DNA from: Cenarchaeum sp.
GTDB lineage: Archaea; Thermoproteota; Nitrososphaeria; Nitrososphaerales; Nitrosopumilaceae
Assembly (NCBI GenBank): GCA_965206845.1
Contig: OZ242221.1
Span: 1,472,001 to 1,536,000 of the forward strand
DNA: 64,000 nucleotides
Reading direction: 5' to 3'
Shown here piece by piece: positions 30,756-41,031 of this stretch; position 1 is the first letter of the stretch, and the number at the start of each line of letters is the position of its first letter. The notes under the pieces were generated by a model. It saw only the letters and a program-made list of their open reading frames with translations, was not told the DNA's origin and made no database searches. Made by a program: the position numbers and the translations under genes.

Positions 30756-32048
30756 CTACGGCGACAGCCTGTCCGGATCCCGGGGGTACAGCACTACCTC
30801 TCTTACGTTGTCGATTCCCGTGAGGACTGCCATGAGCCTGTCAAGCCCGAGCCCCCATCCAGAGTGCGGCGGCATCCCCCAGTCAAAGGCTCGGAGGTGA
30901 TCCACAAACTGGGCAGGATCCAACCCCTGCTTCTGCAGCCGTGATCTCAGCGTGTCGGGATCGTGCAGCCTGGTTCCGCCCGATGAGAGCTCCAGGTATC
31001 CGTACTGCAGGTCAAAGGATCTGGATATCTCGGGGTTGTCGTCCCTCTCCCTGATGTAGAACGGCTTCAGCTCCTGCGGCCAGTCGGTCAGAAAGTAGAA
31101 TCCCGGGTGCCGCTCTCCGACCAGTCTCAGGTGCGAGTCGGTCAGATCGTCGCCAAACTCTATGTCCTGGCCCGTCTCTGCCAGTTCGTCCACCATCTGC
31201 GAGTAGGTTATCCGCGGGAACCTAGATGCTGGGGCCTGCACCTGGCAGCCGATCTCCTCCTGCTCCCTCTTGCAGCCTGCAGCCAGATCTTGGCACACCG
31301 CAACGACCATCTCCTCCAGTACGTCCATGACGTCGGTGTAGTCCATGAATGCGGCCTCGATGTCCACCGAGGTGAACTCGGTCAGGTGCCTTCCCGTGTG
31401 TGACTTTTCTGCCCGGTAAAAGTTTGCTATCTCAAAGACGCGCTCGAGGCCCAGGGTCATCTGCTCCTTGTACAGCTGCGGACTCTGTGCCAGGTATGCC
31501 GTCCTGCCAAAGTACTCCAGCGAGAAGAGGTTGGCGCCGCCTTCGCTGGCACTGCCGATTATCTTGGGGGTGGTGATCTCAGTGAACCTCCCTGATGTCA
31601 GCGTCCTCCTCAATGATGCCAGGGTGTGGTGCCTGAGCCTGAAGATGGCGGCGGTCCGCCGGTTCCTCATATCGAGGGCGCGGGAGTTCAGCCGGTTGTC
31701 TATGCTGCTCTGTAGCCGGCCTATCGGGTCTATGGGCAGCGGATAGGCTGCCCTTGCCAGCACTCGGATGCTGTCTGCCCTGACCTCAAGGTCGTAGTCG
31801 CGCGCCCTGGTCTCCTGTACTGTGCCCTGAACCACAACGACGCTCTGCCTGTTTATCTTTCGTACCGCGTCGTTCAGATCCCCCTTTACCACAACCTGGG
31901 CGCTTCCCGTAGAGTCCCTCAGGATCAGGAACGTCATCTTGCCCATCTCGCGCAGGTCCTCCACCCAACCCCCAAGGCCCACCTGCTGGCCTGCCATCCC
32001 GGGCGTCAGATCCTGCAGATCATGCGTCTTGCCAAATGCCATCCCCAT
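30756..32048 (-). CDS. aspS: Aspartate--tRNA(Asp/Asn) ligase
   Basis: OB fold, LAQSPQLYK, RAEKS.T.RHL.EF and GMPPHSGWGLGLDR motifs. Confidence 0.95.
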   Translation of the reverse strand: MGMAFGKTHDLQDLTPGMAGQQVGLGGWVEDLREMGKMTFLILRDSTGSAQVVVKGDLNDAVRKINRQSVVVVQGTVQETRARDYDLEVRADSIRVLARAAYPLPIDPIGRLQSSIDNRLNSRALDMRNRRTAAIFRLRHHTLASLRRTLTSGRFTEITTPKIIGSASEGGANLFSLEYFGRTAYLAQSPQLYKEQMTLGLERVFEIANFYRAEKSHTGRHLTEFTSVDIEAAFMDYTDVMDVLEEMVVAVCQDLAAGCKREQEEIGCQVQAPASRFPRITYSQMVDELAETGQDIEFGDDLTDSHLRLVGERHPGFYFLTDWPQELKPFYIRERDDNPEISRSFDLQYGYLELSSGGTRLHDPDTLRSRLQKQGLDPAQFVDHLRAFDWGMPPHSGWGLGLDRLMAVLTGIDNVREVVLYPRDPDRLSP

Positions 32049-32150
32049 GTGTGTGGATTGCGTTCGGTTATCAAGATTTCGCAGCTACTTCTGGCACAAA
32101 GTCCCGCCCGGGCAGAAACAGAAATCTACTTGTATGCTTGGAGATCCCCC

Positions 32151-33083
32151 ATGGGTATGCTGGATGTACGGGGCCTCACTGCACGGTACTCGGTGTCCCG
32201 TGGACAGGTCCATGCAGTGGAGGACGTCAGCTTCTCCCTGAACCGCGGCGAGTCCATGGGGATCGCAGGCGAGAGCGCCTGCGGCAAGAGCACGCTGGGC
32301 CTGGCAGTCATCCGGATGCTGCAGGGAGGCAAGGTGGTCTCTGGAACGGTGCATCTGGACTCGGTGGACATAACGTCAATGTCTGATGTGGACTTTGACA
32401 GGAGCGTCCGCTGGAAGGAGGTGTCCATGATATTCCAGGGGGCGATGAACTCGCTGGATCCGGTCTTTACGATCAAGGAGCAGTTCGTCGAGGTTCTGGA
32501 GCAGCACGGCTTTGAGGGGGATGTAGACAAGGTCATATTCGATGCCATCGGGGCTGTGGGCTTGGGCCGCGAGGTTCTAAAAAAGTACCCCCACGAGCTG
32601 AGCGGTGGAATGAAGCAGCGGGTGGTCATCTCGATGAGTCTCGTGCTAAAGCCAAAGCTGGTCATTGCCGACGAGCCCACCACAGCGCTGGACGTGCTGA
32701 TACAGGCGCAGGTGATCAACCTCTTCAAGAAGCTCAAGCGGGACGGCATGTCCATAGTCATGATCACCCATGATCTGGCGGTCCTCTCGGAGATCGCCGA
32801 CAGGATAGGGATCATGTACGGCGGGCAGATGGTCGAGATTGGCAGCTCCCGCGACGTGTACGGGGATCCCAAGCACCCCTACACGCAAGGACTCTTGGAG
32901 TCGATTCCCACCCTGCGCGGCCGGCGCCCAAAGTATATCAGCGGCAACCCGCCGGATCTGGTCGATCCGGAGAAGAAGTGCCTGTTTTACGATCGGTGTC
33001 CCAAGGCGATGGAGAAGTGCAAGACCGAGCCTCCAAACTTCAAGACGAAGTCAGGCTACGTAAAGTGCTGGCTATACGAGTGA
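32151..33083 (+). CDS. Oligopeptide/dipeptide ABC transporter ATP-binding subunit
   Basis: GESACGKS, YPHELSGGMKQR, ADEPTTALD, HPYT and a Cys-rich C-terminus. Confidence 0.92.
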   Translation: MGMLDVRGLTARYSVSRGQVHAVEDVSFSLNRGESMGIAGESACGKSTLGLAVIRMLQGGKVVSGTVHLDSVDITSMSDVDFDRSVRWKEVSMIFQGAMNSLDPVFTIKEQFVEVLEQHGFEGDVDKVIFDAIGAVGLGREVLKKYPHELSGGMKQRVVISMSLVLKPKLVIADEPTTALDVLIQAQVINLFKKLKRDGMSIVMITHDLAVLSEIADRIGIMYGGQMVEIGSSRDVYGDPKHPYTQGLLESIPTLRGRRPKYISGNPPDLVDPEKKCLFYDRCPKAMEKCKTEPPNFKTKSGYVKCWLYE

Positions 33084-33109
33084 CGGCCATGTCCGCCTTG
33101 GACATGCGT

Positions 33110-33487
33110 CTAGGAGTATCTCTTGGTTACGGGCAGGCACATGTCTATGATCCGCAGCACCTCTGAGCGTACCACCATCTTGTCTATGGATACCCATACG
33201 CGTATATGGTCTATTGCAAACGAGATGATCTGGGCCTTCTTTCTCTCCTCCCAGACAAACTCCACCTCGCCCAGGCTCTGGTCAAAGAACTCCTCCATGC
33301 CTGTCTTGACTGCAATGTGGGAGAACTGGTGTTGGGTATTCTTGACATCAAGCAACGGTTCTAGGTTGTCCCTGCGGCGGTACGCCCGCAGGTTCCCGGT
33401 TCTTCCGATTATGCCCGCAAACCTGATGTAGGGGCTGATGCGGATTACCGCATCGCATATCTCGTAGCACTCCTCCTTTTTTATCAT
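33110..33487 (-). CDS. Small thaumarchaeal roadblock/GAF-like hypothetical protein
   Basis: C..VI.ISP.IRFAGII...G.L pattern; TATA-like TTAAAA ~28 nt upstream. Confidence 0.7.
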   Translation of the reverse strand: MIKKEECYEICDAVIRISPYIRFAGIIGRTGNLRAYRRRDNLEPLLDVKNTQHQFSHIAVKTGMEEFFDQSLGEVEFVWEERKKAQIISFAIDHIRVWVSIDKMVVRSEVLRIIDMCLPVTKRYS

Positions 33488-33533
33488 ATGCCGTGGGTCT
33501 GGAAACACTGTATTTTAATGATCTGCCAACGGA

Positions 33534-33613
33534 GGCTGTGTCCTACGGGCATATGTGAACTGGAATTGGCTCTGTCGATTTGGCGCGTTTGGCTATGTCT
33601 GTAGGACGCAGCT
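33534..33613. mobile_element. MITE family B (80 bp), 9-bp TSD GCCAACGGA
   Basis: Near-identical to 25510..25589; perfect flanking direct repeat. Confidence 0.93.
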
Positions 33614-33960
33614 GCCAACGGAGTCACCGCATAATTCTGATCCACAGCATGGCGCCCGTGACAGGGATCCGGCAACCCGCCGGACGGTCTCCTGGCCGAG
33701 CCTGCCTTTCTGGAAGATCCCCCGGCATGTGCGTTCCCTGCTGCCCCTCCAGACGCGCGGACAATGGCCCATCCGGGCAGGCGTGGCCATCGTGCCAGTT
33801 AGGGAGACAGCCTCGCCAGGATGTCCCAAGTGGCAGCACTGCCAGTGGCGCAGACATCCGACGTGCCTGCCCACTGCGGTATGTGTGCGACCGCGATCAA
33901 AGAACGTATCGGGCAGACGCCGGCGCGCTCAAAGGGAAGTATTGCGGCAGTCTCCAGATG

Positions 33961-34003
33961 TAAACTAAACTTTTATAAAATTGTTAATAATAATAATTAT
34001 CAA
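33961..34003 (+). promoter_or_regulatory. znuACB promoter: TATA box plus a Fur/Zur-box-like operator
   Basis: TTTTATAAAA at 33971-33980; GTTAATAATAATAATTATC at 33983-34001 matches the classical Fur box at 16/19. Confidence 0.6.
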
Positions 34004-35191
34004 ATGGTAAGTAATATAGTAGCTAGCGGAGCCGCAGCCGCCACTATTGTGGCAGTCATAGTGGCCGCTGGAGTGGTGGCAGGGGGACAGGATCCGCCAC
34101 AGGAGACGGCTGTACAGACCGAGAGGATCAGGGTCTTTGCTACGTTCTTTCCGTATTACGAGTTTACAAAGAATGTGGCAGGCGACAGGGCCACAGTGGA
34201 GCAGTTCGTTCCGGCAGGTGTGCCTGCGCACGACTGGGATCCCCGGCCCAGCAAGATCCGGTCGCTGCAGGATGTGGATGTCTTTGTGTATAACGGGCTA
34301 GGCGTCGAGCCGTACATGGAGAACATAATCGACTCGGACGAGTTTGACCACATCCTCTTTGTGAAGGCGTCTGAGAATGTCGGCCTCCTCGAGTCCGGCG
34401 AGCATACAGAAGAGTTCCGGGAGGAGATAATCGGAATAATGGAGGAGCTTGAGCGCAAGAGCATAACCCTGGCGGAGGCATTCGATCTCATTGATAGCAC
34501 GCTTGGCGAGCATGGGGACGACGGCCACGGACACGGGGAGGGAACGATCGAGCAGATCGGTGACATCCTGCACGGAGTGGAGGACGGCAGCACCGATGCG
34601 GAGGCGGGCCTGGGGGAGATTCGCCACATGATCCTGAGCGGGGAAGAGGACGGACACGGACATGTCGATGATCCACATATCTGGCTTGACCCGGTGCTCG
34701 TAAAGCAGCAGGTCGACAACATAAGGGACGGCTTGGCATCGGCTGATCCCGCAAACGCAGAGCACTACGAACGTAACGCCGCCGCATACAATGCAAGGCT
34801 GGACGGGCTTGACGAGTCGATAAGATCCAATCTGTCCGGCTGCCAGACAGACACCTTCGTTCCGTTCCACAACGCATTTGCGTACTTTGCCCAGCGGTAC
34901 GGGCTGACGGCATCCGCGCTAGGCGGCCTGTCGCCCGACGCCGAGGCATCGGCCTTGGAGATCGCCGAGTTTGTGGGCTTTGTAGAGGAGAACGGCATCC
35001 GGGTGGTCTTTGCAGAGGATCTCATAGACCCGCGGCTTGCTGAAGTCATCGCCGACGAGGCGGGGGCGCAGGTGATGGTGCTCAGTACCGTTGAGGCGCT
35101 GACGCTCCAGGAGGCATCAGACGGAGTGACGTTCTTGGACAAGATGGAGCAGAACCTGGAATCTCTCAAAGTGGCCCTGGGGTGCCCATGA
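34004..35191 (+). CDS. znuA: Zn/Mn ABC transporter substrate-binding protein
   Basis: AHDWDP, YNGLGVE, His-rich loop, DPHIWLDP and FHNAFAYF motifs. Confidence 0.9.
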   Translation: MVSNIVASGAAAATIVAVIVAAGVVAGGQDPPQETAVQTERIRVFATFFPYYEFTKNVAGDRATVEQFVPAGVPAHDWDPRPSKIRSLQDVDVFVYNGLGVEPYMENIIDSDEFDHILFVKASENVGLLESGEHTEEFREEIIGIMEELERKSITLAEAFDLIDSTLGEHGDDGHGHGEGTIEQIGDILHGVEDGSTDAEAGLGEIRHMILSGEEDGHGHVDDPHIWLDPVLVKQQVDNIRDGLASADPANAEHYERNAAAYNARLDGLDESIRSNLSGCQTDTFVPFHNAFAYFAQRYGLTASALGGLSPDAEASALEIAEFVGFVEENGIRVVFAEDLIDPRLAEVIADEAGAQVMVLSTVEALTLQEASDGVTFLDKMEQNLESLKVALGCP

Positions 35192-35988
35192 CACAGATTC
35201 TCCAGACGCGGAACGTCACGATGAGGTACGGCAGTCATGTGGCGGTGGACGACATCAGCTTTGATGTTGCGGAGGGCGACCTTCTGGGGATTGTGGGGCC
35301 CAACGGTGCCGGCAAGTCGACGCTGTTCCGAGCAATACTGGGACTTCAGCCATATGACGGGACGATAGAGCTGTTCGGCTACGGCCCCGACAGGTACGGA
35401 TCGCTGATTCCACTTGTGGGATATGTGCCGCAGAGGATCCAGTTCGAGCCCAACTTTCCCGCAACCGTCTACGACGTGGTGTCCATGGGGATCATCTCCA
35501 ACAAAAGGATCGCAAGGGGGGAGAGGCTGATCAGGCAGCGCGGCTACCACTGGAACCGCGTATATGGGAAGATCGGTAAGACCGAGGACAAGATCGCCGA
35601 GGCGCTCAAGGTGGCAGGCCTTGAGAGCCTGAGGGATCGCAGAATCGGAGAGCTGTCCGGAGGGGAGCAGCAGCGGGTCTTTATCGCAAAGTCACTGGTA
35701 AAGGATCCCCTGCTGCTGATCCTAGACGAGCCTGTCACCGGCGTGGACATGGAGTCACAGACGCGGTTCTACAGCGTCATAAAAAGGATCAATGAGGAGA
35801 ACGGGATCACCATGGTCTGGTCTTCCCACGATCTTGACGCTATAAACAAGTACGCAAGCAGGGTTGCCTGCATGAACCGGAAGCTCTTCTTCCACGGGGA
35901 CAAGGATCAGTTCTTTGCAGACGAGGATCTCCTGAAGACGTACACGGAATCCACAATGCAGGTGCACATGCACGACCACCGGGTGTAG
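35188..35988 (+). CDS. znuC: Metal ABC transporter ATPase
   Basis: GPNGAGKS, GYVPQ, LSGGEQQR and LDEP motifs. Confidence 0.9.
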   Translation: MTQILQTRNVTMRYGSHVAVDDISFDVAEGDLLGIVGPNGAGKSTLFRAILGLQPYDGTIELFGYGPDRYGSLIPLVGYVPQRIQFEPNFPATVYDVVSMGIISNKRIARGERLIRQRGYHWNRVYGKIGKTEDKIAEALKVAGLESLRDRRIGELSGGEQQRVFIAKSLVKDPLLLILDEPVTGVDMESQTRFYSVIKRINEENGITMVWSSHDLDAINKYASRVACMNRKLFFHGDKDQFFADEDLLKTYTESTMQVHMHDHRV

Positions 35989-35990
35989 GC

Positions 35991-36836
35991 ATGGTCATTG
36001 AAGTTCTAGCCCACGGTTTTATGCAAAAGGCACTCATCGCTGGGATTGCGGTGGCGGTGGTGTGCTCGTTTATGGGGATCTTCCTCGTCCTCAGGCGGTA
36101 CGCCCTCTTCGGCGACGGGATGGCCCATGTGGCCTTTGGCGGCATATCGATCGGACTGGTCCTGGGCGTGTTTCCGCTGTGGACTGCTTTTGCCGCATCC
36201 ATACTGGGTGGGCTGGGACTCCAGAAGCTGCGGAACAGCACGAAGATATCCGGAGACGCGGCGGTTGCCGTGGTCCTGGTCTCTGGCCTCGCTGTAGGGG
36301 TGCTGCTGGTCAGCGCGTCGGGAGGGTTCTCGGTGGACCTGTTCAGCTTCCTGTTCGGCAGTATACTTTTGATAAGCACAGAGGACGTGATGCTGATCGT
36401 CGCAATCAGCGCGGGAATAGTCGGAACACTCCTGGCGCTTCACAGGCAGTTTCTGCACCTTACGTTCAACGAGGAGCAGGCAAGGGTCGCGGGGCTGAAC
36501 GTAACCCTGCTCAACTATGCGTTCGTGGTGCTGGCAGCGGTCACGGTAGTGACATCAATGAGGCTCGTCGGAATACTGCTCATATCGGCGCTGATCGTAA
36601 TACCGAACATCTCGGCGATAATGCTTGGAAAGGGGTTCAAGAAGACGGTGGGGATCTCGATACTGTTCTCTGTACTCTCGGTGGTTGCCGGGATACTCCT
36701 CTCGTACTACTTCGACCTGGCCCCATCCGGAACCATAGTCCTGGTTGCAGTGGCGATACTCCTAGCGGTGCTGGCGGCAAAGTCAGCCGGGCTCGTGCAT
36801 GGGAGACGGGCCCAGGTCGCGCGCAGTACGCCCTGA
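35991..36836 (+). CDS. znuB: Metal ABC transporter permease
   Basis: GDGMAHVAFGG, FLFGSIL and VGILLISAL motifs. Confidence 0.9.
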   Translation: MVIEVLAHGFMQKALIAGIAVAVVCSFMGIFLVLRRYALFGDGMAHVAFGGISIGLVLGVFPLWTAFAASILGGLGLQKLRNSTKISGDAAVAVVLVSGLAVGVLLVSASGGFSVDLFSFLFGSILLISTEDVMLIVAISAGIVGTLLALHRQFLHLTFNEEQARVAGLNVTLLNYAFVVLAAVTVVTSMRLVGILLISALIVIPNISAIMLGKGFKKTVGISILFSVLSVVAGILLSYYFDLAPSGTIVLVAVAILLAVLAAKSAGLVHGRRAQVARSTP

Positions 36837-36950
36837 TGCCGCGCATGCCACCGCGCCCGTGGACTGTGCCACCAGTGGGGAGTTGTGCGCCGCTACGACC
36901 GCCCGTTTATGCCTCTTAAAGTTAAATAAAATGGTCAAAGAGAGTGTCTA

Positions 36951-37583
36951 TTGGACTTTTCTGACCTGTTTCCGTTTGCACCAGAGATAGGCTACCTCGG
37001 TCTGGGACTGGTAAGCTTCTTTGGCTCGCTGATCCCGTTTGTACCCGTCCCCTCGTTTTTGTTGCTTGCCACCATGTCGATAGATCCACAGTTTGACCTG
37101 CACATCCTGGCCATAATGTCTGCGCTGCTGTCTGCGGGGGCAAAGCAGATCATATTCTATGTAAGCTACAGCAGCAGCAGGATCATCCGGCAAAAGACCA
37201 GGGAGAGGATGCGGCCGTTTCAGAGACTGGTAAAGCGGTACGGTGCGGTAGCTGCCTTCGTGGCTGCCGCCACACCGGTACCGGACGACCTGGTGTACGT
37301 TCCGCTGGGGCTGGCAAAGTACAACCCCCTGCGGTTCTTTTTGGCAACCCTCTCCGGAAAGCTGATCCTGCATTACGTGATCGTTTGGGCGTCCTACTCT
37401 CTGGGACTTTCCCTGATCGAGCCGTACCTGAAGGATGTGGAGAATCCAGCCACCGCATACATAGGAATAATCGTCCTGGGCGTCATAATGGCTGTGATGA
37501 TCGTGCTTTTGCTTCGGCTGGACTGGGCAAGGATTCTGGGCAGGCTGGCTCCTTGGACGCTTGAGGACGATGACAAGACCTAG
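36951..37583 (+). CDS. DedA/VTT-domain membrane protein
   Basis: IPFVPVP and AAATPVPDD...PLGL..YNPLRFF motifs. Confidence 0.85.
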   Translation: MDFSDLFPFAPEIGYLGLGLVSFFGSLIPFVPVPSFLLLATMSIDPQFDLHILAIMSALLSAGAKQIIFYVSYSSSRIIRQKTRERMRPFQRLVKRYGAVAAFVAAATPVPDDLVYVPLGLAKYNPLRFFLATLSGKLILHYVIVWASYSLGLSLIEPYLKDVENPATAYIGIIVLGVIMAVMIVLLLRLDWARILGRLAPWTLEDDDKT

Positions 37584-37601
37584 GCATGGTCGATCCGGGA
37601 C

Positions 37602-38171
37602 TCACACTCCAGAGTGACTTGTGCTGAGGGCAAAGTTCCACTTTAGATCCGTGCCCTTTTTTATTCCAACCCGTGGAGATGTCATGACGTCTCTGTGTGC
37701 GTCGTTGTCGCATATGGACAGCCCGTCTGGTGTGGTAAGGTCCGCTCCGTACTGCTCCCTTGTGATGCCCAGAGCCTGGGCCAGCATGGCGGGTCCGCCG
37801 GTGAGGCTTCTTGCGGACTTGCCGCGGCACTCTGACATCTCCCTTAGCCCCGATACCGGCTCCAGCGCCCTTATGAGCACGGCTCCCGCCCGGCGGCCCG
37901 GGTCGCGGGCGACTGCGTTTACGCAGTGGTGCATGCCGTAGGTGAAGTAGACGTAGGCGCGGCCCACCTCTCCAAACATGGCGCGGTTCCTGTCTGTCAT
38001 GCCGTTAAAGGCGTGGCTTGCGGGATCGTCCTCACCGCCGTATGCTTCGGTCTCTGTGATGATGCCGGATCTGACGGACTGTCCGGTTCTGTGAACCAGG
38101 ATCCTACCCAGCAGATCCCGGGCAACCTCTACTGTATCCCTCCGGTAAAAGCGGCGCGGCAGCGTCCTCAT
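37602..38171 (-). CDS. mpg: 3-methyladenine DNA glycosylase (MPG/AAG)
   Basis: VARDLLG, ETEAY, YVYFTYGMH and AVLIRALEP motifs. Confidence 0.93.
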   Translation of the reverse strand: MRTLPRRFYRRDTVEVARDLLGRILVHRTGQSVRSGIITETEAYGGEDDPASHAFNGMTDRNRAMFGEVGRAYVYFTYGMHHCVNAVARDPGRRAGAVLIRALEPVSGLREMSECRGKSARSLTGGPAMLAQALGITREQYGADLTTPDGLSICDNDAHRDVMTSPRVGIKKGTDLKWNFALSTSHSGV

Positions 38172-38725
38172 CTGGCATCCCCGACGACGGATGCCAGCTT
38201 TGCCATGTCCTCCTTGAGCGCATCTAGAAGGCTGGGGCGGTATATTGCGGCGGCCGGGTGTATGGTCAGAAAGTACCTGCGTCCGTCCCTCTGGATTATC
38301 TTGCCGCGATCCTTGGTTATGCTGCCGCCTCCGAGGAGGGAGCCGTATGCGGTGTTTCCCATTATGCAGACTATCTTGGGACGGATGAGCCTTATCTCAA
38401 AGTCAAGGTATTGCCGGCATGCGCCGATCTCCTCTGGCGTCGGCATCCTGTTCCCCGGCGGCCGGCACTTTACCACGTTGGTTATGTAGACTGATCCCCT
38501 GGAGATGTTTGCATGCTGCAGTGCAATGGACAGCTTCTTTCCGGCCTCGCCCACAAACGGCTCCCCCAGTCGGTCCTCATTGCGGCCCGGTGCCTCGCCT
38601 ACAAGAATTATGTCTGCCCCCGGGCTGCCTTTTCCGGCAACGGGGTTCGTTCTGTGTACGCACAGCTGGCAGTCGGTGCACGAGGATACGGCATTCCGAA
38701 TCTGTCTGATGGACGTAAATGTCAT
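38168..38725 (-). CDS. Uracil-DNA glycosylase family 4
   Basis: CxxC, GEAPG..ED..GEPFVG, NVVKCRPP.NR and HPAA motifs. Confidence 0.93.
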   Translation of the reverse strand: MTFTSIRQIRNAVSSCTDCQLCVHRTNPVAGKGSPGADIILVGEAPGRNEDRLGEPFVGEAGKKLSIALQHANISRGSVYITNVVKCRPPGNRMPTPEEIGACRQYLDFEIRLIRPKIVCIMGNTAYGSLLGGGSITKDRGKIIQRDGRRYFLTIHPAAAIYRPSLLDALKEDMAKLASVVGDAR

Positions 38726-38986
38726 GGTGCATCTCCTGATGTGTCCGGGAGCCCGCCGCGGTGGGGGACTGCTGGTGCCGATCCGGTCAACACCATGCGC
38801 GGCCATTCCGCTACATTATTTGTTTTCTATTTTGAATATCTGTGTCCTACAGTGGTGCGTTCGCCCAGGTGCCGGCCTTCGGGTCGGCATTTGGGATACT
38901 TGCCTGTGGGGTGCGCCCACTGTGCCTGCCGATCCCGGTGCATCCGGCTGGAAAGGTTTTTGACACCTGCAGGATCAGAATGACTC

Positions 38987-39499
38987 ATGCCAAGAAGGCC
39001 ACACATCCTGGTCATAGGGTACAACGATGACGGCTGCACGCCAGAACACGAGAAGGTGGCATATGATGCCGGGCAGCATATAGCGCGATCCGGCGCAGTG
39101 CTTATCACCGGCGGGCTCGGCGGAGTGATGCGGGCAGCCTGCCGCGGCTCCCACGACGCCGGCGGCCTGGCGGTGGGCATAATTCCGCAGAGCAATCACA
39201 GCCCTGCAAACGAGTTCTGTGATGTGGTGATTCCCACCGGCCTGGGCCTGACCAGGGACTTTGTAAACGCGCTGACAGCCGACGGCGTCATAATAATAGG
39301 CGGCGGGGCTGGAACGCTGTCCGAGGTATGCGCCGCTTACATGCACCGGCGTCCCATGGTTGCGATAGGCGGCACCGGCGGCACCGCAGAGCGGGTTGCC
39401 GGACAGTATATGGATCATCGCAAGAAGATCATGGTGCAGAAGGCAGGCTCCGCCCAGGAGGCGGTGGATGTGCTCATCGGGCAGCTACATGGACTCTAG
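38987..39499 (+). CDS. LOG/TIGR00725 family protein
   Basis: TGGLGGVM.AAC, GIIP and GGGAGTLSE motifs. Confidence 0.88.
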   Translation: MPRRPHILVIGYNDDGCTPEHEKVAYDAGQHIARSGAVLITGGLGGVMRAACRGSHDAGGLAVGIIPQSNHSPANEFCDVVIPTGLGLTRDFVNALTADGVIIIGGGAGTLSEVCAAYMHRRPMVAIGGTGGTAERVAGQYMDHRKKIMVQKAGSAQEAVDVLIGQLHGL

Positions 39500-40621
39500 G
39501 AGTGGATCCGGGGAGTAAAACCCGCCGTATCTCTGGGACATCTGGTTCAGTTCCTCTACTATTCTCTTCATGCCAATCCTTTTTGCGGTGTCAAAGAGCG
39601 GTTTTTTGAGCCCAAGCCCCAGACGGGCAGCCCGCTCGATCTCCTCAATGTCACTGACCTTGTTTGTGACCAGCCATGCAGCACTGTTGAGTATGCTTGC
39701 AGCGATCTGCGCCGGGTCTACCAGTGCCGCAAGATCCTCTGACAGCGGCACGCGCTCGTACTTGTCGTCCGAGTACGCATAGAATCCCTCTCCGGTCTTC
39801 TGTCCCAGCTTCTGCTCGTTGAAGAGCTGCTCCACCCTGGGATGGGGGTTTATCACACCCTTGTCTCGGGCATGCATCTCGACTGTGGCCTTGTGGATTA
39901 CGTCCATGCCTGTAAAGTCTGCCAGCTCAAAGATGCCCATGGGGAAGCCCAGGGAGAACTTGACGGCCGAGTCGATCTCCACTGGCCGGCGCCCTGTCCT
40001 GTCTGCTATGTGGCAGGCCTCGTGCACCAGCGGGATAAACAACCTGTTTACGATAAATCCGGGAACGTCCCTTCTGCACAGCACGGGCTCCTTCTTGAGC
40101 GATCTGACATAGTCCATCGTGATCCCCGTTACGTCCGGGTCTGTCTCCTGTCCCGGAATGACCTCCACCAGCTTCATCAGCTGGGGCGGATTGAAGAAGT
40201 GTATCCCGATAAACCTGCCGGGGCGCGCAGTCGTTCCGGCAACCTCGGTTATGGGAAGCGTGCTCGTGTTTGAGGCAAATATGGCATCTTCGGGCGCCAC
40301 CGCGTCCAGCTCGGCATAGACCTTTCTCTTCAGGCTCATGATCTCGGGAACCGCTTCGATGACCAGATCCGCCTCCCGGACAGCCTCGCCCAGATCCAGC
40401 ACCGGCCTGATCCTTGCGAGGATGCCTGCCGCCTGATCTGCCGTGATCCTCTCCTTTGAGACCATCTTGTCCAGGCTCCACCTGATCTTGCCCATTGCCC
40501 TGTCCAGAAAGTCCTGTTGTATGTCGCGCAGAACAACATTGTATCCGGACATTGCAGACACCTGTGCGATGCCGTGGCCCATTATGCCCGAGCCCAGCAC
40601 GGTGATGTCTCCTAGCACCAT
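39485..40621 (-). CDS. 3-hydroxyacyl/3-hydroxybutyryl-CoA dehydrogenase (likely 3HP/4HB cycle)
   Basis: GSGIMGHGIA, EAVPE, ASNTS, HFFNP, PGFIVNR and PMGIFEL.D motifs. Confidence 0.92.
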   Translation of the reverse strand: MVLGDITVLGSGIMGHGIAQVSAMSGYNVVLRDIQQDFLDRAMGKIRWSLDKMVSKERITADQAAGILARIRPVLDLGEAVREADLVIEAVPEIMSLKRKVYAELDAVAPEDAIFASNTSTLPITEVAGTTARPGRFIGIHFFNPPQLMKLVEVIPGQETDPDVTGITMDYVRSLKKEPVLCRRDVPGFIVNRLFIPLVHEACHIADRTGRRPVEIDSAVKFSLGFPMGIFELADFTGMDVIHKATVEMHARDKGVINPHPRVEQLFNEQKLGQKTGEGFYAYSDDKYERVPLSEDLAALVDPAQIAASILNSAAWLVTNKVSDIEEIERAARLGLGLKKPLFDTAKRIGMKRIVEELNQMSQRYGGFYSPDPLLESM

Positions 40622-41031
40622 GATCCATCCCCGTATGATATCCCTTATAACGTAAGCGGGATGGGTTCTGGCGTGGAGGTTCCATACTGCATGTGCACCC
40701 ACACCCGGATGGTGGGCCCTGCCCTGACGGCTTGCGCCGTCTCGGCAAGCGGCTTTGTGCGCGGGAATGGTGTCTGGGACCTGACTCACAATCGGCACCC
40801 GGACACAAAATGGATGTGATCTCCAAACCGATCACGCACGGCCTTGCCTATCGCGAACTGCGTCTCTGTTTAGGCCCGGGCGCAGGCTGCGGGCACAGGA
40901 TGCATGGCGGGGTCATCCTGCATTGTGCAGGAGGGATCGGCCCTGATGCACAGGCCCGCACACATGGGGGGATCTGATCGTGCGCCGCATTGCCGAATAT
41001 TTTATAATGTATCTAGGTACTGCATTTACTG

